A stretch of DNA of 64,000 nucleotides from Lytechinus pictus (Eukaryota). The notes beneath the pieces were generated by a model. It did not search any database. It was not told the origin of the DNA and was given only the letters and a program-made list of their open reading frames with translations. Below, piece after piece: positions 47,884-60,900 of the stretch (position 1 is the stretch's first letter; each line of letters begins with the position of its first letter). Location: assembly GCF_037042905.1 (NCBI RefSeq), contig NC_087251.1, forward strand, positions 45,944,001-46,008,000, given 5' to 3'. Both the position numbers and the translations under genes were made by a program.

Positions 47884-48845
47884 AGATGATGAGCAAGTTA
47901 TAAAGAGTTCACTCTCCTATTTCTGCTCCGATTCGTTGAATACTCTTCTCAGGAAAGCAATCACACAATCTCAATGGGTGATTTCAAGTTCATTGTTGAC
48001 CTTTTGGTGTTGGTGTTAGCTCAATTTTTACACAAGTATCACACCAAACATAAAACGAAGATGGTCCTGAAAAGTCACTCACTAGTTGTCGAGATGTCAA
48101 TAATGTGATCTGGATCAGTTTTACAAACTCATACACATGCAACCCAATCGCAACTATAACTGATTGAGATGGCAGTGAAGTTTAAACCAGTGTCGTAGCA
48201 TAATTGTACGTCAAATTTCTTTTAAAAAGATCAATTTTTTTTCAATACCAGGAGTGAATATTTGAAAGATCTGAGAGACTTTAAATAACATATCCAAAGT
48301 ACTCCACATAATTATTCCACCAACATCTGACTGCATTAATTTATTTTATGAAATCAAAAGACACTGTGGTAGTATGGGCTGGAGAAAGGTATTAAATCAT
48401 ATTACATTATCAATCCCTTTCCAAGAAAAAAATCAGTAATCTTCACCCACGCCTTCACCCAATCTTCACGCCTACAACATTGCATTATTATTTATGCAAA
48501 CATGAGGCATACGATAAGTATTTAAAAACAATGCAAATTTTAATGTTCCAATAGCACACGATCTGTAAAATGGCATTTTGTCTTTTCACTTCATAGAGAT
48601 ATCCCCAGCCTGTTCATAGATCTGCCCACATTGAATGCATGTCCATTCTCCACTCCCTGGTGAACATTCCAATTCGTTATCATTTTGATACAGTGCTGAG
48701 GAAACCACACACCGATGTTCCCATCCTACCAGATACCACTCATTCACCTGGGTGAAAAGTGGCATATGCAGATCAATGCCTCACTCAAGGATAGCGGTAT
48801 CGTGGTGTTTTTCGATAATTTCCTTCAATACGTTGAGTCTTACTT

Positions 48846-48999
48846 TCAATTCTGAGGATGGCTCTTCAGATGGCGGAGAGCAAAACGAGCCGCCGTTGCC
48901 TTGGCGATGTGGTAGTTACGCCCAATCCCCTTGAACTGTCCCTTACCAACCACGTTGACGGTGACCCTCGTCTTTCCATCGATGGTCTTCTCTGGTGGC
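48846..48999 (-). CDS. DICER1: Dicer last coding exon (dsRBD)
   Basis: [54 protein letters not shown]. Confidence 0.96.
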
Positions 49000-51900
49000 C
49001 TGTAAATACAAAAAGAAAAAGGAATAATGGAAATTAAATTGAACCGGTTTTGTGGTGAGTGATACAACTCACAGCAGAACAGGAACATTTCATCAAACAA
49101 ATAGTCAGTTGTTTTGAATGGCAACTGTTATAAGCTACTCAAATCCTTGCATCTGATTGGCTCAGAACAAAATAACTGACTATTTGCTTTATAAATTACA
49201 TCTCTGATCCAACCATGAAAGAGACCCTATCATGTCCTTTGGCTGGTAAAATGAAAGAACAGTTTAAAATGTAATTACCTAATCAAATCTCAGTGATCTG
49301 GAACCCAGTTTAATACACATACAAATATACCACACAAAACAAAAAGGAGATCACACACAGATATATTATGTGCATGGTTGTCACCAGAGGGTTAGTAATG
49401 GTGTAAAATAATAGTACTGGTGCAATTTCATCAGTAGTAGTAGTAGAAAAGTAATAGTAGCAGTGGATATGTAGTCGCCCTCTACTTTGCTACAGGGTTT
49501 CAGGCTGACTAAAAATAGTCTATTTTCTGGACTTGACAATGAAAATATAATTTTTGTATCATTTTCTTTTTAAATGGGAAAATTATTGTCGGGCAGGTGG
49601 GTGTGATATTGCATAGAAAGCCGATCATAAAATTTTGAGTGGGGGGAGGTTCCAACCACTGTAGTGACATTGCTGCTTGTGTGATATCTTATAACATAAT
49701 ATTAGAACACTCTTAAGATTCTTGATCTTGTAATTATGTAGAAATAGCTATCATTTTAGAAGAGAGTTGGGTAATGAGTCGTCCTACTTCCTAAACAAGT
49801 CAGAATGAGAAATAATATTAATCAGTCCATTATAAATCAGAATAAAAAAAAGAAGAGGCTATGTACAAAAAATAGGTGATGTTTATGACCAACAACCAGA
49901 CAAAGACCAGTGAACCATTTAGTCCTGTATACATGAAATGTCACTGATCTTCAACGTAATAATAATTTCTGCATTCGTGACACAATATCAAGAGAAACTT
50001 GTGTGCATCTGTTTATCTATGCATATGATTATTTACTTTGGTGAAAGCATTAATGTGACGCTTTAACGACATCTATAACTGGAATAGCCAATACCATGGG
50101 GTACAAAATTCTTATGTACTAGGAGCGATATGGCACCAAAGTAAATGCCAAAAACACCAATGCAAAGGAAACCCAGGTTCGAACTCTTTCACAATCAACC
50201 TTCCGAAGGGAATTAACAATCTCTAGCGTCGGTTTTGCAATAAAACTTACCAGGATTGCCTGGCGGCGATTTAGATACCCATAATGAAATGGTTGAAATA
50301 TAATCTAGTGAAAGTGTACCCTAACAGGAACCGCACAACCTGTCACCATTTTAATTTGTTGCACAATGAGGTAACATATGATGTCAATCGTACCATAAAA
50401 GGGGAAATCAGTACTCTTAAAAACATTAATCGTAGCAGCTGTTTGGTATGTAAAAAGGAGTACGCAAACAGTAAGAATGTTGCATGTGGAAGTTGCAGGA
50501 ATCTTCCAAATAAAATTAAACTAGGTTTAAAGTTAGGTTTAAACTAGGTTGTACGACCATCATTACAATCATGGAACAATAGATGTGAGCTGGAAAGGAT
50601 CAATTAATCCTTTCAATTAATCAATTAATCCACTAATACTGAGAATCAAAACAAAGGGAGTAAAGTAAGTGATAATCACAGCTAGTCGATCATTAACATG
50701 ATGAAGACCTAGTGTTCCAAGAACCCAAAGTAATCAAAGTTCCCCTACAGGCTTAACACATTGGAATAAACTCCCAGTTGAAATTCGATGCTCCCAAGAC
50801 ATTAAAGAACAATGTACAAGCAATATGGCAAATATCCTTTTCCACCAAATTTGGTATTCTTGGGATTAGTATCACTGTATTTAATACTTTCCTTATTTTC
50901 TTGCTCTTTTATTATTTTTATGATTTTTTTATGTCCAATACGTAAATATTTATTTATCATTTTAATCATGCAATAATTAATTAATATGCTACTTTGTATT
51001 GTTCAACCTTTCATGCTATCGAATTGAGCCACTACAATGAGTCTATTTGAAATATAAGATGTTTGTTTGCTAATTTTCAGACACTCCCTGTTCAGTTTCC
51101 ATATATTGATTCATATCTAAATTAAAATTTTATTTTGTATTAGCTTGCATTTATCTTTAAAGCATGCATATTGTTTCAGTTTTGCTGTATTCATGATTGT
51201 TCCTTTACAGGTATGTATATTTACTAAAGTTTGTATTTCAAAAGGGCCCCAATGAAAATCACTGTTTACACTGATTGATCTATCATTTTCATTATGTGAA
51301 AAAAAAAAGATAAAATAAATATCACTTGAAAACATGTATATGGTTGTGAAGACGATGTGCAATAGTTTACAAAGAATTCCTACTTTGGGTATTACAAAGA
51401 AACACTCGTGACCGCGCGACATACTGTATATGTTTCTAATATTTACCCAAATCGTGCTGTTTCCGGTTCCATCTCCAACAGTTCTCGGACAGGAGAAATT
51501 GGTAGATCCGAGGCATATTGTTCTGAGAAATGGGGATAAAAATTGCGATCACCATTAGTATCACTTGTCTCTGACCATCCAATACAAAAGTGACAATATA
51601 ACTTGCTTCAACTAGACATGCCTTGGGCATCATATCATATAAATGTATTTTTGTTTTGATGAATAGTACATACCTTCAGAAACAGATAATCTGAAGATTG
51701 GAAACAATGAATTCATTTCTGCATTTGATATTGCTTGAGGAAGGATATTTATAATTCATATCCATTGAAAAACATCACAAATTAGTTATATGCCCTCTTT
51801 TTTCAACATCCGTGCAATGAGCATGCACATTATCACTTTCAACTGACAGTAATATGCTCTTTTTCAACATCCGTGCAATGAGCATGCACATTATAAGTTT

Positions 51901-54900
51901 CAACTTCTATTATACCTGTCATAAAGGATACAAGAAAGAAAGATTACGAGTGAGAACAATTATATATATTTTGGCAGTAGGAACACTCCCTCCTACTCCT
52001 GTCTGTTTTCATCATTCTCTGCATTCCTTCTTCACCATATATTTCGATGAATTCAAAAATTTCCTAACTTTGTTATTCCTTGTCCAATTTTGATGAAAAT
52101 TTCAACGTTTCTGTTTGTCTGATCTTACCCTGTACATTCAAATTATATCATTTTCAGCTTGGCGTACCCATTCAAAACCAATAACAACCCCTCAAAATTG
52201 TGAGCAATGGAACTGACCTATCTGTTGCTTCATCATCGGATAGTAGACCTTCCAGACAGCGTTGAGTGACATGCCGCTGTCGAGGTAGATTGCACCGGCG
52301 ACAGATTCAAAGATGTCACCGAGAGCTTTAGGGACTTCAATATCTTCAGACTCATCCTCCTCTCCATCACTGTACTTCAGCTGAATTATGGAATAAAATG
52401 GGGTTTTTTTTAAGATGGATATTGAATATGAAATCTGCTGCAAGTAACCAATCAATAAATAAAAGGAAAATTACGATATCATTTAATTACCCTATTAATT
52501 CATGAACTCTTTGCCCGTTTTGTTCGACTCAAGTCACATACAGCTTACCTCCAACTTCGACTCAAGTCACATTCTATTCACAAAACACACACAGTGCCAT
52601 TAGTCTATTGTTTATACACACATACACAATACTGATGTATGCATCACATTGTACTGTGTACACACAAAGCTTTTCTTTCCAATAAACCAATCAAAAGGCA
52701 TTGTAAGCTGTCCATGCAAAACCGCTCATAAGGCTGCACCTTGAAATTAATGTGGCGCAGGAGTGATTCTGTCTGTGGTGGGGAAAGAGTCAATTTATTC
52801 TATTTCAGTATTCTAGGATTTTAATTTAAATCATTTATTTGAACATTTAACTGAAATGATTAATTACTGAACAAAATAAATCCATCCATCCATTAATTTA
52901 TCCATTCACATCCACCCATCCATCCATTCACATTAGCTCACAACATCTATGCTTATACTTATCACTATTAAATTTATAATCCTGAAACTTTCCTATGAAT
53001 TCTACATTTGATTTTGATGAATCATTAACGTTATCCTTGTTTGCTTTCTTTTTCTCGATAAATCCTTATCAACTCGATATTGGTGTCCATTAGCTCTAGT
53101 GAGACTACTTACCTGCGAATCCATTCCCAAAGCTTCATTCTTTGCATCGACAAACGTCACAAAGTTGTCGATGACTTGGAACATATTGGCAGTGTAGGCC
53201 TTGAAGTACTTATGGAAGTTGAACTTGACGGCCAAGGAAGCAAAGATGGTGTTGTTGACCAGTGCCGAGCGGAGATCGGTCAGCGCCCCTGGAGAGAGGT
53301 TGGTGTGGTGATCGTACAGGTGACGAGTGATGAGGTAGTCCAATAAGGCATCTCCAAGAAACTCAAGCCTGGGAAATTGTTAATAAAGGATAATGGGGAT
53401 AAAAAGGCATACATAATGATATTAATGATAAATATAGCATTTATAGTAATGATAATAGTAAATTTTTAAATAGCGCTTTTCCTCGTTTGGCTCAAAGCGC
53501 TTTACAGCATATTATAATGCACCATTTATCTTTTTAAAATGGAGTAAGGTATTAGAATGAAGAAAAAAAATCCAGAAGTATGTACTATCTATCATTGATC
53601 ACTAAACCTTTACAACGCAGACTTGTGAATACCTTTATCATTGTTGAAAAGTACTACTCATTTTTATATTCTGCATATAAGATTATTCATTCAACATTAC
53701 TCGCCAATTATTTATATTTACATTTTTATAAACAAGGTGCAAAGCTTGACTAGAAAAGTAGAAAACAATCTACAGATTCAAAAACTAAGATTTTTGTAGT
53801 TCCCGAGGCAAAACAAGTGGAACGCCTCTGGCAGTCTCACCTGCATTACGAAATTTGATATATAGCAGCAGTGCTGCGTTTGAAAACAGCAAATGATTAT
53901 TCACAGAAGAAAAACACTAATATGATAATAAAATATGTCCATTGACCAAAAATGATCTTAGACCAGGATCATGTGACCTAAGACATGTGCAAAACAACTA
54001 AGTTATAATGCCAATTCAACACATATTCCCAACACTGCCACAGTTCACTGACCTTTAAATGACCTTTGACCTTGGCCATGTGACCTTGAAATCGCACATT
54101 ATAATCAGGGATACATGGTTGCTTTTATGTCCAAGTTTCATGAACTAGATCCAAATACATTCAAAGTAATGATGACAATTCCTCAAATAACCCCAACATG
54201 GCCAAAGTTCATTGACCTTTAAATGACCTTTGACCTAAATCATGTGACCTGAAACTCAAGGCAGGATCTTCAGTGATACACTATAACTTATAAGTCTAAG
54301 TTTCATGAACTAGGTCCATATACTTTCTAAGTTATAATGACATTTCAAAAACTTAACCTTGGTTAAGATTTTAATGTTGACTCCGCCGCCATCGGAAAAG
54401 CGGCGCCTATAGTCTCGCTCTGCTATGCAGGCGAGACAAAAAAAAAACCAATTACCTCTGATAGCAATCTGTAATGCTATTACGGTGGTAAGATGAATGA
54501 GTAAAGGCCTGGAGCAGGTAAGCCCTATCCTTGAAGCGATAGTTGATGGTCTTCTCAAAGTGCTCATATCCAACAAGTTGCTCCTTCAGTACTTTCTTTG
54601 CATCGGGCACACTCCTTGAGAGAGGGGACTCTGGTTGCTTCAGGTAGCCGTATCGGCAAGACACTGGAAGATCAGCTGCGGGGTTCGAGGAATGGTTAGA
54701 TAATTGGTCATCCTGCTTCTTAGAGTGTCCTTCCATGGTTGGAAGGACATCCAACCCCATCCAGGCCATCAAGAGAAGGGCGCTACGGAAGCCGCAAGAC
54801 ATCAGGTAGCAACCGATCAAGGCCTCAACGCAGTCCGCAATGCTCTTGTCAGACATGCTGTGTTGGGTGTGGATCTCGTACGGTAGAGGAGGAACACTTC

Positions 54901-57900
54901 CCACATCCTGCGTCTTGGCACCGGTGTAGGTCAACCCCGGAACATCGTCAGGATCACCCACAGAGAAAGACCACTGCTCCTCGTCCTTCTCTTCCCTGGC
55001 AAAGAAATCGTCCGGACATTCTGCCTTCGTCTCGTCGATCTCCTCTTCCGAAATATCATCACTATTCTCTTCCCAGCCCTGGTCGCTGTCGAAGTCATCA
55101 TCGTCGAAGTCGTCGATACCTTCAACAGTGGAAGGATCCCAGGTGTCAATGACAAATCCTGCGTCCTGGTCAGTCTCATTCTCTTCCTTGATGACCGGTT
55201 TGGAGCTCTCCTTGACCAGCAGACAGGGAGGAAGCCAGTTGATGGAAGGATCAAACAATGATACCTGCATCTTATGAGCTAACTTTTTCTTCTCACCCAG
55301 GCAGTATAGGTTGAAATTGCTAACCTTTGTGTAGAAGGGAGAAACAAACAACAGTAGAATTTTATTGTTAAAAATCAACCTTTAATTGTAAATTCATTCA
55401 TAAATCTGGAATAATACGGGTACATTGGAAACTTTCATGTTCAGTAATACTTGATTACCTTTATGTCCAAGTTTCATGAAATAGGTCCATATACTTTCCA
55501 AGTTATGACATTTCAAAAATTTAACCTTGGGTTAATATTTCAATGTTGACGCTGCCGCAGTCGCTGTCGGAAAAGCGGCGCCTATGGTCTCGCTCTGCTA
55601 TGCAGGTGAGTCAAAAACGGAAAACATCCACACTGATGAACCCATATAAAATCCTATTAAAAGCCAACTGTTCCATTCTGCACTAGCATACCTCAGTAAA
55701 AATAAGCTGTTCAATTCTAATAATTGCTATTATCAGTACAACGCTTAGTTATACAGTAAATATAATCAATTAAAGCCTCAAGTTATTTTCAGTCATTGCT
55801 GTTTTTTTTTCGAAAACAACCATGCATTTATGACTTTTGTAAGACCCAAAGATTCAACAAAATCAACGATGTATCATTCTTAATGAGCCTTCTCCCATCG
55901 GGTTCACATACGTATGACACACAGCCCAAAGCAATAAATGACAATAAGAAGATCTTTCCGAACCTGCTTGCTCCTGAGGAATGACAGCTTACCCTCATCT
56001 AAGTGAGGGTAGGAGCAGTAGAGATAGACGGTCACTGCCTGCTTCAGGAAGGAGTCTCCAAGCATCTCAAGCCTCTCTAGGTTGAAACCATCACTGGAAT
56101 TGGACATGGTCAAGGACTGGAATACAAAATAACACATCAAAAATTGTCAAGTTTAGCTAACTTACAGAGGTGAATCCAAGCCCATCAGACACAGCCCACA
56201 ACTGAAATGTACATAGTAATTCATATACTTAATTAGTATCTCATAATAATTGTCATCATTTACATATTTGCAATTATGAGAGGCAACAAGATCCCAATAG
56301 AATGATCACTGCAATAAAACTGTAACAAAATATGTGTAATGAATGAGAGAGATAGGTCAGACAGAAAAGCAAGGCATTTATCACATAGGACTGACAATGC
56401 TAACCACAGATACATGGTTACCCCATTCACTGGATTCTGGCTTGCCAAAATAAAGTGTATGCACAATCTCCACTCCCTGGGGAGTATTCTAAGGAACATA
56501 TTGCTCATCATAAGAGAACATGGGTGTGTTTCAGGAGGCATCTTTTCAGTGATTTTCACTGACAAATTTGTTTTGATCCAATCAGATGCAAGGGTTTCAG
56601 TAGCTTTTAACAAATAGTCAATGAAAAACACTGAATCCCATTTCTTCTCCTCAGTCTAACCTGCAAAATAATAGTAGGGCTAGGTCCAAGGCACTTCTGT
56701 GGGTCATAGCCGTCATCATCAAGGTGAAATTTTCCATCATCAAACGTCTCTTTATTCTCATTAGTACTGTTCATATTACCATCTCTCCTAGAACGTTCTA
56801 GTCTACTTTGGTCACATGGTGTGTTCAGCTGCTCATTCATTTCAACGTCCTTAATCTGGCTTGTTTGCAGTTCAGACTCAGCTGCACGTTCATTTTCTTT
56901 CAGCTGCTTATAGTTATTGCACTTTGGTTCAACATATATTGCATTCCCTTCATCAAGATCGCATCTTGCTGCTTCTTTGGCCTCTTTCTCTTGTCTCTCA
57001 AGTGCCTCCAGATCGAGTCCTTCCCATCCAAAGCTCAGGTTCGGGTAGGGATATTCCTCTGGGAGCTTCTTGAGGCCAATGCCCGCCTCCTCGGCCACCT
57101 GTACCCTGAGTTCCTCTGCAATCAGCAGCGCGTTCAATCGGTAGAGGATGGATGGAAGACACACCGCTTTCCTCCACAAGGATGCAGGTATGGGATAGAT
57201 GTAGCAGAGCTCGGGGACCAGGTACTGCTTCTTCTGCAGGTTCCCCTTCTTGTTCTGACCCGTACTGATCGGCAACGCTTTCCCTTTGTGGTTTAGATAC
57301 CTTGGAGTCAGTAGATTCAGTCTAGATGACATGCAGTCAACATCTACCAGCGGCTGCTGGAAGTTGGATATCTGGATGTCGTACCGCTCAAAGTAGTAGT
57401 CCACGAATGTCTCATACTTTTCAGACGGGAAGGGACTGGTCACGGGGAGGTCGTAGAGGATGTCTGCCACAAAGTAGCGCTGGGGTTGGTCAATGTTTCT
57501 GTAGATTGGTGTGACCACGGCATTGGCGAGGATGTCCGTGGAGAACTCAAACTGGCTCTGGCTGTAGTCCGGAAGTTGAGGAGGTTGGTCTAGATGACCA
57601 GAACTCAGGCTGACCTCCTCCAAGAATGACCAGTCAATGACAGAAGGGCCACTATCAGGACCTGTTGGAAGGAATAAGATAAAGCAACATACAAAAATGA
57701 TTGAATGACATATAGGACTAAATGACATGTAGTATGAATTAAGGTATATAATAGAAAAATGTTAACTTTGCCATCAATGGTAACTAAGATGGTGGTTAGT
57801 ACTGACCGTAACATTGAATGATTTGAATGGCTCTTGTGCCTGAAACTTATTACCTTATTAATACCATTATAAATCATGTTTTACACTACACACGAGAACC

Positions 57901-60900
57901 CTAGATACAGCCAACCTGCTTTAGTTACCACAAGTATAGAAATACCAAATATCTATAAAGACCACATGTTTGGTTTCCCTTAAACATGAGTTCATGAGGA
58001 CAACATTTCCTGTCTCCCTTAAGTGGTCCTTATAAAAAGGTTTCACTGTATACAGTTGCAGTTTTTCACCTTCTTTGAGAGGCACAATGAGGTAGCTAGC
58101 TTGACTCTTCTCCGGGTTCAGCTCTAGGTTAGGCTTGTCAAGCCGTAGCACTTCAGAGAACATGCAGCCATGAAAGGACTGGGCTCTCCTGATCTGATTG
58201 CCACTCAGTCGTTTCGCATCTGACTGAAGCTTGATGGTCACAGCCAACTCTCCTGCCCTGGTATAGACTGGAAAACCAGGCACCTGGATAAAAGAAGATA
58301 ATTATAATAATAATAATAGTTACATATAGCGCTTCATATCTTGTGTTTCTAAATGCTTCACAATGTAATTATGATTATCCAGGTCATGGAATCCATCATG
58401 GTTTCACACATAAAGTGCACCATGTCAATCTAATCACATTGACAGACTTGCCAACCTTCTACAACCAAAAAAAGTATTCTTATATAGAAAAAAGGTACTT
58501 TTTGACAAAAAAGGGTATTTTAAAAAATTTGTCTCAACGTAACAATCGCCAGCCTATTGTAGTGAGATCGGTGAAAAAAACATATGAAATGACTCTACTT
58601 GAAAACTAGTAGGCTTGTAAGCAAGAATTTACTTGTTCTTTTCATGCAACAAGTTACTAGCCCGACAGTGATTTTTACCGGTCTGGGACTGTCGAACCGG
58701 CGCTAGTCTCATGCGCTGTGTATAATACATACTCCATGATCAGAATTTTTTTTTTAAAGTAACAAATCATACAAAAAAGTAATGGTGTATTCATAGCAAA
58801 AAAGAGGAACAAATACTCTGAAAAGGTAACGGTTGGCATGTCTGCATTGACGTTCAGATCCTACCGGGTACCCATTTAACACCTTGGTGGAGAGTGACAA
58901 ATGTGGATGTACTGTACCTTGCAAAAGAACAATATCGCGGGGTGGGATTCAATCCCTTGATCCTTAGTTTAAGAGTCAAGTGACTGAACCACTACTCCAC
59001 GACATATCCAGATTACTACGAATCCATGTAACAAAAAAAGTGTGAAGGCTATAAAAAAGTGTTGATATTATGAATAAAAATATTCCAATTCCAATGAGTT
59101 CACGGTAAACCTGCAAAAAAAATATGTATTCAAACAACGATCAGGGGTTTCATTTAAAAAAAGTTGATGATGACTTTTAAACACAACTGGTGCCCAATCT
59201 CTTGTCGATTTAGATTTTTCATTGGGAGTACATTTGCTTTAACCCTAATCAAACTTTGGAAAATATTGGCTTTTCTATTCAAATGCTTGTTTAAACAGAA
59301 TTATCGTCAACATCAATCAGATTTTAACTGTAGCTGAAGGGAAACCAAAAAAATGAAGAATTGGATTTAGTAGGCCTACTTAGAAATAATAATAATATTG
59401 GGTACTCTATTTATATAGCCCACATATCCACCTTGTTAGGTGCTAAAGGTGCGCCGATATTATCCTAAGCTAGTCTACCCATTCTAGTGTTCATAGCTTT
59501 TTGAGGAAGTACTTCCTGTCGGTACCCAGTGCTACCCATTTACCTCACCTGAGTTGAGTGCAGCGGTATTACCCAAGAAAGCGTGACCAAGGGGCCATTT
59601 CATAAAGCTGTTCATAAGTTAAGAGCGACTTTAAGAACGACTGGTGAACCTTTCTTACGTGCCAAACCATCGCCAATGAATCTACCATTTACCACAAAAG
59701 AGGATCACCAGTCGTTCTTAAAGTCGCTCTTAACTTACAAACAGCTTTATAAAACACCCACCAGCTATGTATACAAGTCATTATAGTAACATACAAACAG
59801 CTTTATGAAACATTATCCAGGAATAAGTATTGTTTCCTTGGTAGAATTCCAAGAGAGATTGCCGAACTATGAAAAACAACCCCTTTTACTTGCTCTTGTA
59901 TACAAGCAAGGTGTCAAAATTTTAATGAGAGTGCCCTCCCCCCCCTCCCACCACCGTCTCCGAAGTTTCAAGTTAAGCAAGTTTGGTTGTACTTGCCTTT
60001 GGTATTTGCTTTGAGGTGAGAATACCGAAGCACTGGTGTGTTTCCTCTGGTCTGTGGAGTTTCCTCTCTCGTATGTTGAGGATATCTGGTAGAGGCGAGG
60101 CCAGGGACATGTCAATACTGTACAGGTAGCAAGGTTCATCTGGCCTTGGAAGGCATCCCTGGAGGCACTTCGCTACCTGATGGCAAATTATCAAGGTGGA
60201 AACTGTCACTGGAATTGCATTTGTATATCACTTAGAGTGATTCCATATCAAACAGATGGAATAGTGGAATAAAAAACTTGGGGTGTGTGCCACTGGTGGT
60301 GAATTATGGTGAATATGAATTATGTTGGATAATGAAGTTTAATTTGTGAAAGAAGTCTTTAGTTTCTCTTATGCCAGATGTTATTGGAATGTACATGATT
60401 AGTGTTAAAGAATGAGGTTATTTTTATAGTGTGAAAGAAGTCTTGTCAATAGAGTCTTTAATGGCAGAGCTATTTATGCATGCCTCATTTTATTCAATCT
60501 TTGGGATCTTTCAGTAGCGATGCCACGCACGACCATCATTATGCCCGACCCCATTCCCATGGTAAACAAAACAGGGGCGGATGAAATGAACTCTTGGAAA
60601 AATGTTTGTTTCAATGTTTGCTCCCTTTTTGATGAACAAACATGATTAATTAGAGGAAATCCAGTTTTCCCAGAGTCATTTTTATCCACCGTAGTTCATT
60701 TCACGAAGCATTTCTCATCACTGCACATCTACTTCCAGGTTATGAGGGGTTTTGGTGCGGCATCGGGGGCCTTCAGCCCCTTCCTTCTTTCGTTCCCCCC
60801 AAATCTTGCACAAAAACATACAATTTTCCTATCTGATTATCATTTTTTTTGCATATGCAGCCCCCAACTTTTGGCTCAGCCCACCACTTTGAAATCTGTT

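Noticed and set aside
54704..57514. Plus-strand ORFs overlapping Dicer exons
   Set aside because: Antisense shadows of GC-richer coding exons with no independent homology.
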